DNA from: Candidatus Magasanikbacteria bacterium GW2011_GWA2_56_11
GTDB taxonomy: Bacteria > Patescibacteriota > Patescibacteriia > Magasanikbacterales > UBA922
Assembly: GCA_001004885.1 (NCBI GenBank)
Contig: LCRX01000006.1
Coordinates: 35,079-99,078, forward strand
DNA length: 64,000 nucleotides
Direction: 5' to 3'
The position numbers and the translations under genes are program-made. Positions 1 through 9,993 of this stretch are shown here, in pieces. The notes below the pieces were generated by a model. That model saw nothing but the letters and a program-made list of their open reading frames with translations, searched no databases and was not told where the DNA came from. Position 1 is the first letter of the stretch, and each line of letters opens with the position of its first letter.

Positions 1-13
1 ATAGCTGTACGCT

Positions 14-775
14 ATGCAGGACTTTTTACACACCACCATCCGCGCGGCCGGGGCGATCGCCCGCGATTATTTCGTCCGCGGCGTTACGCACTCCGAGAAA
101 ACCAGCGTGGCCGATCTTTTGACCGAGGCCGACGTGGCCGTGAGCGACTATTTGATCGCCCAAATCCAGGCCAACTACCCCGACCACCAGATCCACTCCG
201 AAGAGCGCGCCGCGGATATCAACCCGGGCGCCCGGTACGAGTGGGTCATTGACCCGATCGACGGCACGCGTAATTTCGCTCTGGGCATTCCGTTTTGGGC
301 GCCGCTGGTCGCCGTGATCAAGGACGGCAAGCCGTTTTTGGCCGCTATTTTCAATCCCATGAGCGACCAGCTGTTTTCGGCTGCCCAAGGTGGAGGAGCC
401 TATCTCAACGGCCAGCGAATTCAGGTAAACGGCGTCGACACTCTTGAGCATGGCTTTGGGGTAATTTACCGCCGGTCGGGGTTTCCCCGGGTAGAGAGGT
501 ATATCCGCGCCATGGACGAGCTCAACCGCGCCTCCACGACTTGGCTTCATAATTACGGGAGCATGGTGGCGGCCGCCCATCTTGCCTCGGGCGGAATTGA
601 CTTCTATTTGTCGAACTCCGGTTTTGACCATGACTTACTGGCTCCGGCTCTTATCTGTTCCGAGGCCGGCGCCGTTGTTACCGACGCGGATGGCAATCCC
701 TGGACGCGCGAGCACCACGATATCGTCATTGCCAATCCGAGGCTGCATCCCAAAGTACTAGCTTTGCTCAAATAA
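14..775 (+). CDS. inositol monophosphatase family protein (SuhB/IMPase-like)
   Basis: 253-aa ORF with an ATG start; it has the WVIDPIDGT metal-binding motif and the overall pattern of the IMPase/FBPase fold. Confidence 0.8.
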   Translation: MQDFLHTTIRAAGAIARDYFVRGVTHSEKTSVADLLTEADVAVSDYLIAQIQANYPDHQIHSEERAADINPGARYEWVIDPIDGTRNFALGIPFWAPLVAVIKDGKPFLAAIFNPMSDQLFSAAQGGGAYLNGQRIQVNGVDTLEHGFGVIYRRSGFPRVERYIRAMDELNRASTTWLHNYGSMVAAAHLASGGIDFYLSNSGFDHDLLAPALICSEAGAVVTDADGNPWTREHHDIVIANPRLHPKVLALLK

Positions 776-789
776 GTTTTCTTTCGGGT

Positions 790-3699
790 ATGGAGAAATA
801 CAATCCGCAAGCGATAGAAAAGAAGTGGCAGGAGTACTGGGACCGTTGCCAGACTTTTGCCGTTTCCGAAGATCAGGCCAAGGAAAAATTTTACGGTCTG
901 ATTGAGTTTCCCTACCCCAGCGGCGCCGGGTTGCACGTCGGCCACCCGCGTTCCTACACCGCCATGGACGTGATTTGCCGCCAAAAGCGGATGCAAGGGA
1001 AAAACGTGCTTTACCCGATCGGCTTCGATTCTTTTGGCCTGCCGACGGAAAATTTCGCGATCAAGACCGGCCGGCCGCCGGCCGAGATCACGGCCGAAAA
1101 CATCGCCACTTTCACGCGTCAGCTTAAGAGTCTCGGTTTCAGTTTCGATTGGTCGCGCGCGGTAACCACGAGCGAACCGGAATATTACCGGTGGACGCAA
1201 TGGATTTTTTTGCAGCTCTACAAGCACGGCCTGGCCTACAAAACCAACCAGCCGATCAATTGGTGTCCGAAGGACAAGATCGGTCTGGCCAACGAAGAGG
1301 TCGTGGACGGCAAGTGCGAGCGCTGCGGCGCCGTGGTGGAAAAGCGCAACAAAGAACAGTGGATGCTCGCCATCACCAAGTACGCGGACCAACTTCTGGA
1401 GGGGCTAAAAGAAGTCGACTACATTGAACGGGCCAAAATTCAGCAGGAGAACTGGATCGGACGAAGCGAGGGCGCGCTTATTACCTTTACGATTCCCTGT
1501 TTTTGCTGCCCGGACCGGCCGCGAACGCCGGGCGCGGTCGGCTGCGCCGAAGATCGCACGCTCACGGTGTTTTCCACCCGGCCGGATACCCTGTTTGGCG
1601 CGACCTACGCGGTCGTGTCGCCGGAGCATCCCGTCATCGCGCCACTACAGGCGAAAATTGAAAATTGGGACGAGGTAAAAGCCTACATCGAAGCCGCCAA
1701 GCGCAAGACCGATATCGAACGGACCGAGCTGCAGAAAGAAAAAACTGGCCTGGAACTGAAAGGCATTAAGGCTATCAATCCGGCGAACGGCGAGGCGATC
1801 CCGGTCTGGGTCGCGGACTACGTGCTCGGCCATTACGGCACTGGCGCCATTATGGCCGTGCCCGCGCACGACGAGCGCGACTTTGAGTTCGCGAGGAAGT
1901 TCGGTTTGCCCGTTAAATACGTGGTCGCCCCTTTCTTTTTGACCGCCGAGGGCCGCGACGCTGTTCGCAGCGACAAGCCGACGGTACGCCGGACAACGGT
2001 ATATGCTTTCGTAAAACACTGGAGCGAAGACAAGTACCTGTGCCTGGACTGGACGAAATTTGGCTGGCACTCCGGGATAATCGGCGGGATCGAGGACGGC
2101 GAGGATCCGGAAACGGCGGCCCGGCGCGAGATTCGCGAGGAAACCGGCTACCAAAACGTCCGCCTGGTACGCCGGGTCGACGAGGAAGTCCATAACCATT
2201 ATTTTGCCGCCCACAAAGACGAAAATCGCTATGCTGTCGGCCGCGGTCTGCTCTTTGTTTTAGAGAACGATGAGCGTGAACCGACCAAGGCGGACGAGAC
2301 ACAGAATCACGAAGCGGTGTGGGTGGAGGGGCGGGAGATGGAAAAATTCCTCAATTTGAATGTCTACGAGTATTTGTGGAAAAGGCTCCAGGCGCCTCCG
2401 TCGGCCTTTGCCGGCGAGGGGATCGCCACCAACTCCGATTTTCTTGACGGTTTGTCCACGGCCGCGGCCAAAGAAAAAATCACGCGCTGGCTTGAAGAGA
2501 GGGGAGTCGGGCAGCGCCAGGTCAACTACAAGCTCCGCGACTGGGTCTTTTCGCGCCAGCGCTACTGGGGCGAGCCGATTCCGCTCGTACATTGCGCCAA
2601 TTGCGGCGGCTGGGTGCCGCTTCCGGAGGACCAGCTGCCCCTCACTCTTCCCACGGTCGAAAAGTATCAGCCGACCGATACCGGGGAATCGCCGCTCGCC
2701 GCGATGACCGACTGGGTGAACACCACCTGTCCAAAGTGCGGTGGCGCGGCGCGGCGCGAGACCGACACGATGCCGAACTGGGCCGGCTCGAGCTGGTACT
2801 TTTTGCGCTACTGCGATCCCAATAACGGCCGCTCTCTTGCCGACCCGGATAAGCTAAGATACTGGCTGCCGGTAGACTGGTACAACGGCGGCATGGAACA
2901 CACCGTGCTCCATCTGCTCTACTCGCGCTTTTGGCACCAGTTTTTGTACGACATCGGCGTCGTGCCGACGCGCGAGCCGTACGCCAAGCGCACCAGCCAC
3001 GGCATGATTCTCGCCAAAGGCGGCGAGAAGATGAGCAAATCCAGGGGCAATGTGGTCAACCCGGACGAAATGGTGGCCGAGTTCGGCGCGGACGCGCTCA
3101 GAACTTACATCATGTTCATGGGTCCGTTCGACCAGGCGGTGGAGTGGGACACGAACGGCCTCGTTGGCGTGCGGCGTTTTCTCGACAAAGTCTGGGGTTT
3201 GCAGTACCGGGTCGCTGACGACGCTCCGGATGATCGCGCCGACGAACGGCTGACGCATGTTACGGTTCGCCAGATCACGAACGATATCGATCAGATGCGT
3301 TTCAACACGTGCGTGTCCCAGCTCATGATTTTTACCAACCAGCTCGCTTCCGGCGAGCGGACCATAAAGCGTGAGTACTTTGAAAAGTTGGTTTTATTGG
3401 TCTCGACTTTTGCGCCGCATCTGGGCGAAGAGTTGTGGTCGCGGCTGGGCCACACGAGCTCGGTGGCGCTCGCGCCCTGGCCGACATACGATGAGGCGCT
3501 CGCGGCGGCCGACGAGGTGACGATCGTGGTGCAGGTCAACGGCAAGGTGCGCGACGAATTTACGGTACCCGCGGAAACGCCCGAGGCCGAGGTGAAAGAG
3601 CGCGCGCTTACGAGTGAGCGGGTAGAGAAGTGGCTGGCCGGGAAAGAGCCCAAGAAGGTGATTTACGTGAAAGGGAAGTTGGTGTCGATCGTGCTGTAG
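790..3699 (+). CDS. leuS: leucyl-tRNA synthetase carrying an inserted NUDIX hydrolase domain
   Basis: 969-aa ORF with the class I HVGH motif (PSGAGLHVGHPRSY) and a KMSKS motif (KMSKSRGN). The editing-domain motifs (AVPAHDERDFEFA) are followed by an extra ~165 aa that contains a perfect NUDIX box, GGIEDGEDPETAARREIREETGY. Confidence 0.9.
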   Translation: MEKYNPQAIEKKWQEYWDRCQTFAVSEDQAKEKFYGLIEFPYPSGAGLHVGHPRSYTAMDVICRQKRMQGKNVLYPIGFDSFGLPTENFAIKTGRPPAEITAENIATFTRQLKSLGFSFDWSRAVTTSEPEYYRWTQWIFLQLYKHGLAYKTNQPINWCPKDKIGLANEEVVDGKCERCGAVVEKRNKEQWMLAITKYADQLLEGLKEVDYIERAKIQQENWIGRSEGALITFTIPCFCCPDRPRTPGAVGCAEDRTLTVFSTRPDTLFGATYAVVSPEHPVIAPLQAKIENWDEVKAYIEAAKRKTDIERTELQKEKTGLELKGIKAINPANGEAIPVWVADYVLGHYGTGAIMAVPAHDERDFEFARKFGLPVKYVVAPFFLTAEGRDAVRSDKPTVRRTTVYAFVKHWSEDKYLCLDWTKFGWHSGIIGGIEDGEDPETAARREIREETGYQNVRLVRRVDEEVHNHYFAAHKDENRYAVGRGLLFVLENDEREPTKADETQNHEAVWVEGREMEKFLNLNVYEYLWKRLQAPPSAFAGEGIATNSDFLDGLSTAAAKEKITRWLEERGVGQRQVNYKLRDWVFSRQRYWGEPIPLVHCANCGGWVPLPEDQLPLTLPTVEKYQPTDTGESPLAAMTDWVNTTCPKCGGAARRETDTMPNWAGSSWYFLRYCDPNNGRSLADPDKLRYWLPVDWYNGGMEHTVLHLLYSRFWHQFLYDIGVVPTREPYAKRTSHGMILAKGGEKMSKSRGNVVNPDEMVAEFGADALRTYIMFMGPFDQAVEWDTNGLVGVRRFLDKVWGLQYRVADDAPDDRADERLTHVTVRQITNDIDQMRFNTCVSQLMIFTNQLASGERTIKREYFEKLVLLVSTFAPHLGEELWSRLGHTSSVALAPWPTYDEALAAADEVTIVVQVNGKVRDEFTVPAETPEAEVKERALTSERVEKWLAGKEPKKVIYVKGKLVSIVL

Positions 3700-3857
3700 G
3701 TGAGTAAGTTTTGTCTATCTATTTCCGTAAAGCCAAACGACGTGGTGGTTATCGCACCCAAAGTTGAGTATGCCTATGAGGGGAGGATGAAACTTTTCGA
3801 GGCGAATTATCCGGCGACCGATGACGATGATGAAGCAGAGATAAAGTAATATTTGTT

Positions 3858-5303
3858 ATGAAAAATTTTTTCGGCAATAAAATTCAGTGGGTGTGGACAA
3901 TGCGTAAGTTAAATACGCCACTCTCCGTCTCGTCATACCTGCCTGGCGTCAAGATGGGACAAAAATATTTCGGATACCCGACGCATTTGAGCGCGACATG
4001 GTACGACCATGGTGACATTTATTTTGATAAAGAAGAAATCAAGGCCATCGCAGAATTTCTCAGATACAAAACGCGTGGCGACTCCGATTATCCAGACAAA
4101 ATCGCAAAACATATTTTTTCTTTCGCCAAAGAAATTGATCGCCAAACGCCTCCAAACACAAAAGGTAAGTCTTTACCGCAGCTTATCACGCTTTTCAAGA
4201 AAGAGCAGAAACTATTTTTGCAAATGATCGGTTTCATGAGCTACCGCGGTTCAGTGCAAATGGGCGATATTTTGCGGGAGCAGCTTGAAACTATTTTGAC
4301 GTACCGCCTCGGAGAAAAGCACAAACTAAACCAATTTGGGCAATATATCGAAACGCTCTCATATCCGTACCACGAAAGCATTATTGCCGAAGAGAAAAAA
4401 AATATTCTGCGCCTGGCAAGCGGTTTCAAGAATTTGACGAAAGTAAAACAGGAACAAGCGGTTCATGTCTACTGGAAGAAATATGAATGGTTGGCTTACC
4501 ATTGGTTTGTGGGGGCGCCACCGAACGAAAAACAGCTGAAAGACCGGATTGAAAAACTTGCGCCAACTGCCAAAAAAGAACTGGTCGCTCTGGCGGAGCT
4601 CCAAAAAGAGAACGAAGAAAAGGTTAGAACCGCCGTTCACGACCTCGATCTGAATGACAAGGAGAAAAAAGTTGTGAGGCAATACCGCGCGTGGTTATTT
4701 CTAAGAACATTCGTAAAAGACAATATTAATAAGGCGAGCTATAAACTTTTGCCTATCCTGAACGCGATGGGGGAATCTTTCGGCATAGAATCCAAACTAA
4801 TGCCCTATTTATCGCTAGACGAAATTCACGCGCTCGCCCAATTATCGCGCCAAGAAGTAAAAAAACTCATTACTGAACGGCGCGGAGGGTTTAGCGCGGG
4901 TATTGTGGACAACAAATTTGCTTTTCAGGGATTTGACAAAAAAGTTTCCTCGGAGCGGAAAGGCGACGAACAACACGTCAAAGGTTCAATCGCATTTCGG
5001 GGCAAAATTTCCGGCGTCGCCAAAGTTTTGCTTTCGCCACAAGAACAACATGATTTGAAAAAGGGAGAAATTCTAGTGACCCCAATGACCACGCCCGACT
5101 TACTGCCGGCAATGGAACGAGCCGCGGCGTTCGTAACCGACGAGGGCGGCATTACTTGCCACGCGGCTATTGTCGCGCGTGAGATGAAAAAGCCCTGCAT
5201 TATCGGAACAAGAACGGCCACCAAACAAATCCATAGCGGAGACACAATAGAGGTTGACGCGGAAAATGGGGTAGTCAATATTCTCGATAGAGCCAATTTT
5301 TAA
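3858..5303 (+). CDS. PEP-utilizing enzyme mobile (phosphohistidine) domain protein; N-terminal ~380 aa of unknown function
   Basis: The C-terminus has the GGITCHAAIVAREMKKPCIIG phosphohistidine-domain signature. The gene is AT-rich compared with its flanks. Confidence 0.55.
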   Translation: MKNFFGNKIQWVWTMRKLNTPLSVSSYLPGVKMGQKYFGYPTHLSATWYDHGDIYFDKEEIKAIAEFLRYKTRGDSDYPDKIAKHIFSFAKEIDRQTPPNTKGKSLPQLITLFKKEQKLFLQMIGFMSYRGSVQMGDILREQLETILTYRLGEKHKLNQFGQYIETLSYPYHESIIAEEKKNILRLASGFKNLTKVKQEQAVHVYWKKYEWLAYHWFVGAPPNEKQLKDRIEKLAPTAKKELVALAELQKENEEKVRTAVHDLDLNDKEKKVVRQYRAWLFLRTFVKDNINKASYKLLPILNAMGESFGIESKLMPYLSLDEIHALAQLSRQEVKKLITERRGGFSAGIVDNKFAFQGFDKKVSSERKGDEQHVKGSIAFRGKISGVAKVLLSPQEQHDLKKGEILVTPMTTPDLLPAMERAAAFVTDEGGITCHAAIVAREMKKPCIIGTRTATKQIHSGDTIEVDAENGVVNILDRANF

Positions 5304-5315
5304 CATGACGGTACT

Positions 5316-5747
5316 ATGGCAGAATTACCAGATGAAAACTCAAAGCGGTTCATCGCCGTCCTTAATAAAAAAGTTGAGCCGGGTCGTGCCATGAACGCGC
5401 TTGGCCACATGGCAGCCGGTCTCGCGGGTGGCTCTGGAAAAGCGGATGAAATGTGCTTCCTGCAATACGAAGACAAAAATGGCGGCGTTCATCCAAACAT
5501 CTCGCACTATCCGTTCATTGTCCTAAAAGCGGGCAATTCAAATAAAATTCGTATAGTTAGAAGTGAGTGCCTAACCCGCGGTATTCCATTTTCAGATTTT
5601 ACAAGCACAATGACAATTGGTACGTCTCAAGAACAGCAGAACGCTACCCTCTCGACCCCGGAAGAAGAACTTGAATACTGTGGTATCGTCATGTTCGGCT
5701 CGACGCAAGAATTAAGAGAATTTACCGGCAAGTTTTCGTTGTATTAA
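5316..5747 (+). CDS. hypothetical protein, DUF2000-like
   Basis: 143-aa ORF in the low-GC island; family assignment is from memory of NALGHMAAGL-type motifs. Confidence 0.4.
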   Translation: MAELPDENSKRFIAVLNKKVEPGRAMNALGHMAAGLAGGSGKADEMCFLQYEDKNGGVHPNISHYPFIVLKAGNSNKIRIVRSECLTRGIPFSDFTSTMTIGTSQEQQNATLSTPEEELEYCGIVMFGSTQELREFTGKFSLY

Positions 5748-5748
5748 T

Positions 5749-6375
5749 ATGGAACATTTAGCTCTTATTGGTACAGTCACAGTCATTCATTTATTGGCCG
5801 TCATCAGTCCGGGGCCCGATTTTATTATGGCGTGCAGGAATTCGTTGACCTATTCACGCAAAACTGGTATCTGGACAGCAATCGGTTTTGGCCTCGGAAT
5901 TGCAACTCACATTTTTTATTCCCTGGCCGGCCTCGCTTTGATTATTTCCAGGTCTATTCTGCTGTTCAGCGTCATCAAATTTTTAGGGGCCGGATATTTG
6001 ATTTACATCGGTCTTAAATCTGTTTTATCGAAATCCTCAAAAATTGAACTCGGCGAAGAGCGAAAGAAGGAAGATATTACTCGCTTTGCGGCAGTCAGGA
6101 TTGGATTTTTAACAAATATGCTTAACCCAAAAGTGACTTTATTTTTTTTAAGTCTATTTACGTTCGTCATATCTCCAAAGACGCCGCTGCTGATCATGGG
6201 AATAGTAAGCGCAATTATGATAATCGACACAATGCTCTGGTTTTCGCTTGTCGCTGTATTTCTTACCCAGAAAAGAACCCGCTCAATTTTTGAAAGATTT
6301 CAGGGTGTCTTCAATAAAACATTAGGCGGACTGCTCATTGCTTTGGGCGTCAGGGTTGCCTTGCCTGAAAAATAA
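5749..6375 (+). CDS. LysE/RhtB family amino-acid exporter
   Basis: 208 aa with six hydrophobic segments. The N-terminal HLLAVISPGPDF motif is typical of the LysE/RhtB family. Confidence 0.75.
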   Translation: MEHLALIGTVTVIHLLAVISPGPDFIMACRNSLTYSRKTGIWTAIGFGLGIATHIFYSLAGLALIISRSILLFSVIKFLGAGYLIYIGLKSVLSKSSKIELGEERKKEDITRFAAVRIGFLTNMLNPKVTLFFLSLFTFVISPKTPLLIMGIVSAIMIIDTMLWFSLVAVFLTQKRTRSIFERFQGVFNKTLGGLLIALGVRVALPEK

Positions 6376-6446
6376 AATTGCGAATATTTTTAAAGCCGAT
6401 CAAAACACCGCCTCACGTGGTATTCGTCATTTAATAAAATGACAGA

Positions 6447-7073
6447 ATGGAGAGCCTCGTATTAATCAGCACAATTCTGGCCGTACACGTCTTTGCTTGG
6501 TTTACTCCCGGTCCACTTTTTGTATTAATCATCAGAAATTCGTTGGTGTATTCGCGCCAGTCTGGAATCTGGACAGCGGTCGGAATAGCAATCGGCAACT
6601 TTATCCATATTACATACTCTGTGGCTGGAATGGCGTTTATCATTTCCGCGTCGCCAGTTACTTTCAGTGTCATCAAGTTTTTGGGCGTCGGTTATCTGGC
6701 GTACCTCGGAATCAAAACTTTCCTAATTAAAGCGGAAACACAAAAGGGGGCACCATGTTCTGGCGCACACAAAGATTTTTCTCCTTTCCAGACGGCAAAA
6801 ATTGGCTTCTTAGCAAACATTCTTAGTCCTAAAGCATCGCTTTTTTTTGCAAGCATATTCGCGACAGTAATAGCGTCCGGCTCTCCGTTTTGGGTTGTTA
6901 TATTTTTGTGGATCGCAATGCCACTCAATTCCTTTATCATGGCTTCCATACTTTCCATTTTTTTCACACAAAATAAAGTCAGAAGTTTTTACGCCAACTA
7001 TCAACACATGGTGAACCAACTACTCGGCGTGCTATTGCTTGCGCTGGCAATAATGATCGCGATCCACAAATAG
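6447..7073 (+). CDS. LysE/RhtB family amino-acid exporter (tandem paralog)
   Basis: 208 aa and colinear with the preceding gene (HVFAWFTPGPLF motif), which indicates a tandem duplication. Confidence 0.75.
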   Translation: MESLVLISTILAVHVFAWFTPGPLFVLIIRNSLVYSRQSGIWTAVGIAIGNFIHITYSVAGMAFIISASPVTFSVIKFLGVGYLAYLGIKTFLIKAETQKGAPCSGAHKDFSPFQTAKIGFLANILSPKASLFFASIFATVIASGSPFWVVIFLWIAMPLNSFIMASILSIFFTQNKVRSFYANYQHMVNQLLGVLLLALAIMIAIHK

Positions 7074-7149
7074 AAAATTAGGGTTTAAGCGGTGGAAAAA
7101 CCCGCAATGGAAGGAAGTGGCAACGTATTAACTATTCCTCCCATGAATG

Positions 7150-7178
7150 AAAACAAAAAACACTTTTGGTAAAGTGTT
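7150..7178 (-). terminator. rho-independent terminator for the minus-strand gene 7254-7517
   Basis: Hairpin AACACTTT-ACCA-AAAGTGTT on the minus strand, followed by a U-tract (an A-run at 7151-7160 on the + strand). Confidence 0.55.
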
Positions 7179-7253
7179 GTGCCGCCCCTCACCGTGAACC
7201 ACGTTGGTCCAGATGAGGGGCGATGCGGGACCGTTGGCGCCGGCGTGGTCGCG

Positions 7254-7517
7254 CTAGTCGATGATGGCGTGTATGACCCCGACGCCGTACTGCAGCAGAG
7301 CCTCGAGGCCGATCCGCAGGTGGTCGGGGTCGCTCATCACAACCTCGTGGAACTCGCGCGCGAGTTCGTGGTCCTGCATGATGCCCTCGACCGCGCTGCC
7401 GGATAAGACGCCGTTGGACGACTGCTGCTCGGCACGTGCGAGGATCCCCACAGCCAGATTTCCCAGCCGATCCTTGTTGTCCTCCACGAACTTCCTGACG
7501 TTCGCCAGTGCGTACAT
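7254..7517 (-). CDS. hypothetical small protein (87 aa)
   Basis: AAGGAGGTG Shine-Dalgarno 7 nt upstream of the ATG, a terminator downstream, and a TTGACG -35-like box upstream. Confidence 0.55.
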   Translation of the reverse strand: MYALANVRKFVEDNKDRLGNLAVGILARAEQQSSNGVLSGSAVEGIMQDHELAREFHEVVMSDPDHLRIGLEALLQYGVGVIHAIID

Positions 7518-7811
7518 AGCACACCTCCTTAGGTCGGGTTTCTGTCATCCTTTTATCACATCAATCGATGGCCGTCAAGGGGCGGAACTTCTGCTATACG
7601 CGAAGATTAAGCGAAATTTTAAAATCCCATCTCATAAATATGAATTATGAATGCGGGCTTTTCATTTCCCTTCCTCCCGGCTCTGACCCGGAGGGAGTTT
7701 TTTATTTGCCGGAAATGTTATGAAAATTTTATCTCCGGCCTGCTAGACTAGTTTGGGGCCGGGGCGAGCAGCGGGCGGCTGGCCAGATAAATCGGGCTTT
7801 GACCGCGGCAT

Positions 7812-9299
7812 ATGAAAGATCGTCTTCTCCGGATAGCCAACTCGAAAAGCCGCGTTTTTTTCGCTCTCTGTTTATGCTTTCTGGCCGGGGTTTTCGCGGC
7901 CTCGCTTGGCAGCGGCAACGCCGCCCTTCGGGGGCCCTGTCTCACCCTATTGTTCTGTCTCGCCGCCCTGCTTTTTGTCGGTTGGCGTTACGTTCTGCCC
8001 CGTTTGGCCATCATCGGCGTCATCGCCTTCATCGCCGGCAGTCTGCGCTACGCGCAGGCTTACCCGGACGAGCACGCCTACGGAGTACGCAATTTAGCCG
8101 GCCAAACCGTCACGCTCGCGGGCTTTGTAGCCGCGGAGCCCGACATCCGCCTAAGCGATCAGCGGCTTATCGTGAACGTATCGGATCCGCCCGGACGGGT
8201 TTACCTGAAAATTCCTCTCTATCCCCGCTATGCTTACGGGGACAGAGTAAAGATAACCTGCCGGCTAAGACGCCCCGAAGCGATGGCCACTGATAACGGC
8301 CGGGTTTTTCGCTACGATATGTACCTGGCCCGCCTGGGCGTGTTTGCCCTCTGTGAAAATCCGGTAATAGCCAAAATCGGCGGCGGGGAGGGCAGCCGGG
8401 CGCGGGCCGAGATTCTGCGCGCCAAGGCGCTAGTCGCGGGGAAAGTCGAACTTTTGTGGAGCGAGCCGCACGCGAGCTTTATGGCCGGGCTTTTGTACGG
8501 CTATCGCGGCGGTCTGGGCAGCCTGCAGGAGCAGTTTAACCTAACCGGCGTTACGCACATCGTGGCCGTATCTGGCTACAACATTACCATCATAGCGACG
8601 ATTCTCATTTCCCTGTGCACTTATCTCTATATTCCGCGGCAGAGGGCTTTCTGGTTCGTAGTCGCCGGTATTGTCCTGTTTGTCGCTTTCACCGGCGCCT
8701 CGGCCTCGGTGGTCCGGGCGGGAATAATGGGGATAATCGCGCTGCTCGGCAGGCAACTGGGCCGGCCGTCGCGCAGCGGCAATGTGCTTGTTCTGGCGGC
8801 CGCCGTTATGGTCGCGCACAACCCGTTCGTTTTGCTCTCTGATGCCGGGTTCCAACTGTCTTTTCTTTCGACGCTGGGTCTGGTTTACATCAATCCGCTG
8901 ATTAAAAACCGGTTTCTGGCGGTACCGGGGATGTCGGGCCTGAATGAAACTCTCACGAGTACCTTGTCGGCTATTATCGCTACCTGCCCCCTCATTCTCT
9001 ACCAGTTTGGCCGTCTGTCATTGGTGGCTCCGGTGGTAAATATACTTATTCTTTGGCTTATACCCTGGCTCATGCTTCTCGGAGCGGCGGCCGTGGCGGT
9101 AAGTTTTTTTTCCGGTTTTTTGGGCCAGATCGCGGCCGGCATCGCCTGGGTCGGACTCGAGTACATTATTGTCGTGGTGCGCTGGTTTGCCGCCTGGCCG
9201 TGGGCGTCCATATCCGTCGGGTTGCCCTGGTGGGGGATGGCGGCAATGTATTGTGGTATGCTATACCTAGCCGGTAAATATTTCGGTAAGGGACGATAA
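7812..9299 (+). CDS. comEC: ComEC/Rec2 competence protein, membrane core only (DUF4131 plus competence domain)
   Basis: 495-aa polytopic membrane protein with the typical ComEC channel region; it lacks the C-terminal MBL domain. Confidence 0.75.
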   Translation: MKDRLLRIANSKSRVFFALCLCFLAGVFAASLGSGNAALRGPCLTLLFCLAALLFVGWRYVLPRLAIIGVIAFIAGSLRYAQAYPDEHAYGVRNLAGQTVTLAGFVAAEPDIRLSDQRLIVNVSDPPGRVYLKIPLYPRYAYGDRVKITCRLRRPEAMATDNGRVFRYDMYLARLGVFALCENPVIAKIGGGEGSRARAEILRAKALVAGKVELLWSEPHASFMAGLLYGYRGGLGSLQEQFNLTGVTHIVAVSGYNITIIATILISLCTYLYIPRQRAFWFVVAGIVLFVAFTGASASVVRAGIMGIIALLGRQLGRPSRSGNVLVLAAAVMVAHNPFVLLSDAGFQLSFLSTLGLVYINPLIKNRFLAVPGMSGLNETLTSTLSAIIATCPLILYQFGRLSLVAPVVNILILWLIPWLMLLGAAAVAVSFFSGFLGQIAAGIAWVGLEYIIVVVRWFAAWPWASISVGLPWWGMAAMYCGMLYLAGKYFGKGR

Positions 9300-9318
9300 C
9301 ACTTTTTGATAAAGGCTT

Positions 9319-9933
9319 ATGCCAAAAAGACACCGCTCACATAATTCCGCCTCTGGCTATGATCTGGCCAGCAGCGTATACGATAAGAAAGAGGGTTATC
9401 TAAACAGTTTCGAGCAGGGAAAGGCGATACCGCTCCTGGGCCACGTTGCCGGCCGAGAAATTCTGGATGTCGGCGCCGGCACCGGGCGGCTCGCGCTGCC
9501 GCTCGCCTTGTCCGGGGCTCGGGTAACGGCGCTCGATATATCCGCGGGCATGCTCTCGGTGCTCGCGCGCAAAGACCGCGGTAAGCATGTGCGGACAGTG
9601 CTCGGCGAGGCGGAGGCGCTGCCGTTTGCCGGCGAGACGTTTGACGCCGTTACCGCGGCCTTTGTCATCGTGCATCTCAAGGATCCGCGCCGTTTTTTCG
9701 ACGAAGCGTACCGCGTGCTCAAAAACGGCGGATTGTTTTTAATTACCAATATTAACCAAAAAGATCCGCCGGAGATAAACACTCCCGAAGGAAATATAGT
9801 TATCGAATCTTATTACCATCGTCCGGAACGGGTCCGGGAGGTTCTGGCCAAATTGGCGTTTTCAATCGAGCGGGAGGAGACGATACGCGAAAATGGCGTG
9901 TGGATAAACCAGATCATACTGGCTAGAAAATAG
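9319..9933 (+). CDS. class I SAM-dependent methyltransferase
   Basis: Motif I ILDVGAGTGRLALPLA, followed by an acidic motif II. Confidence 0.75.
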   Translation: MPKRHRSHNSASGYDLASSVYDKKEGYLNSFEQGKAIPLLGHVAGREILDVGAGTGRLALPLALSGARVTALDISAGMLSVLARKDRGKHVRTVLGEAEALPFAGETFDAVTAAFVIVHLKDPRRFFDEAYRVLKNGGLFLITNINQKDPPEINTPEGNIVIESYYHRPERVREVLAKLAFSIEREETIRENGVWINQIILARK

Positions 9934-9993
9934 GTTAAAAGTTGCTTTGGCCGCGCGGCTTAGCCGTCGAAACAATGCCCGGCGGGGGAGAAT

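Noticed and set aside
604-1392. 262-aa minus-strand ORF overlapping the end of the IMPase gene and the leuS start. Other long antisense ORFs are similar (1645-2214, 25219-26139, 27883-28761, 35184-35855, 43356-44402, 46220-46804, 51077-51778).
   Set aside because: All lie opposite well-supported conserved genes. Their translations are low-complexity and rich in Arg, Gly, Ala and Pro, as expected from GC-rich antisense frames.
3788-3850. Tiny acidic ORF (MKLFEANYPATDDDDEAEIK) between leuS and the PEP-utilizing-domain gene.
   Set aside because: A Shine-Dalgarno-like GGGGAGG abuts the ATG with no spacing. It is too short and unsupported, so it was noted only as part of the island boundary.
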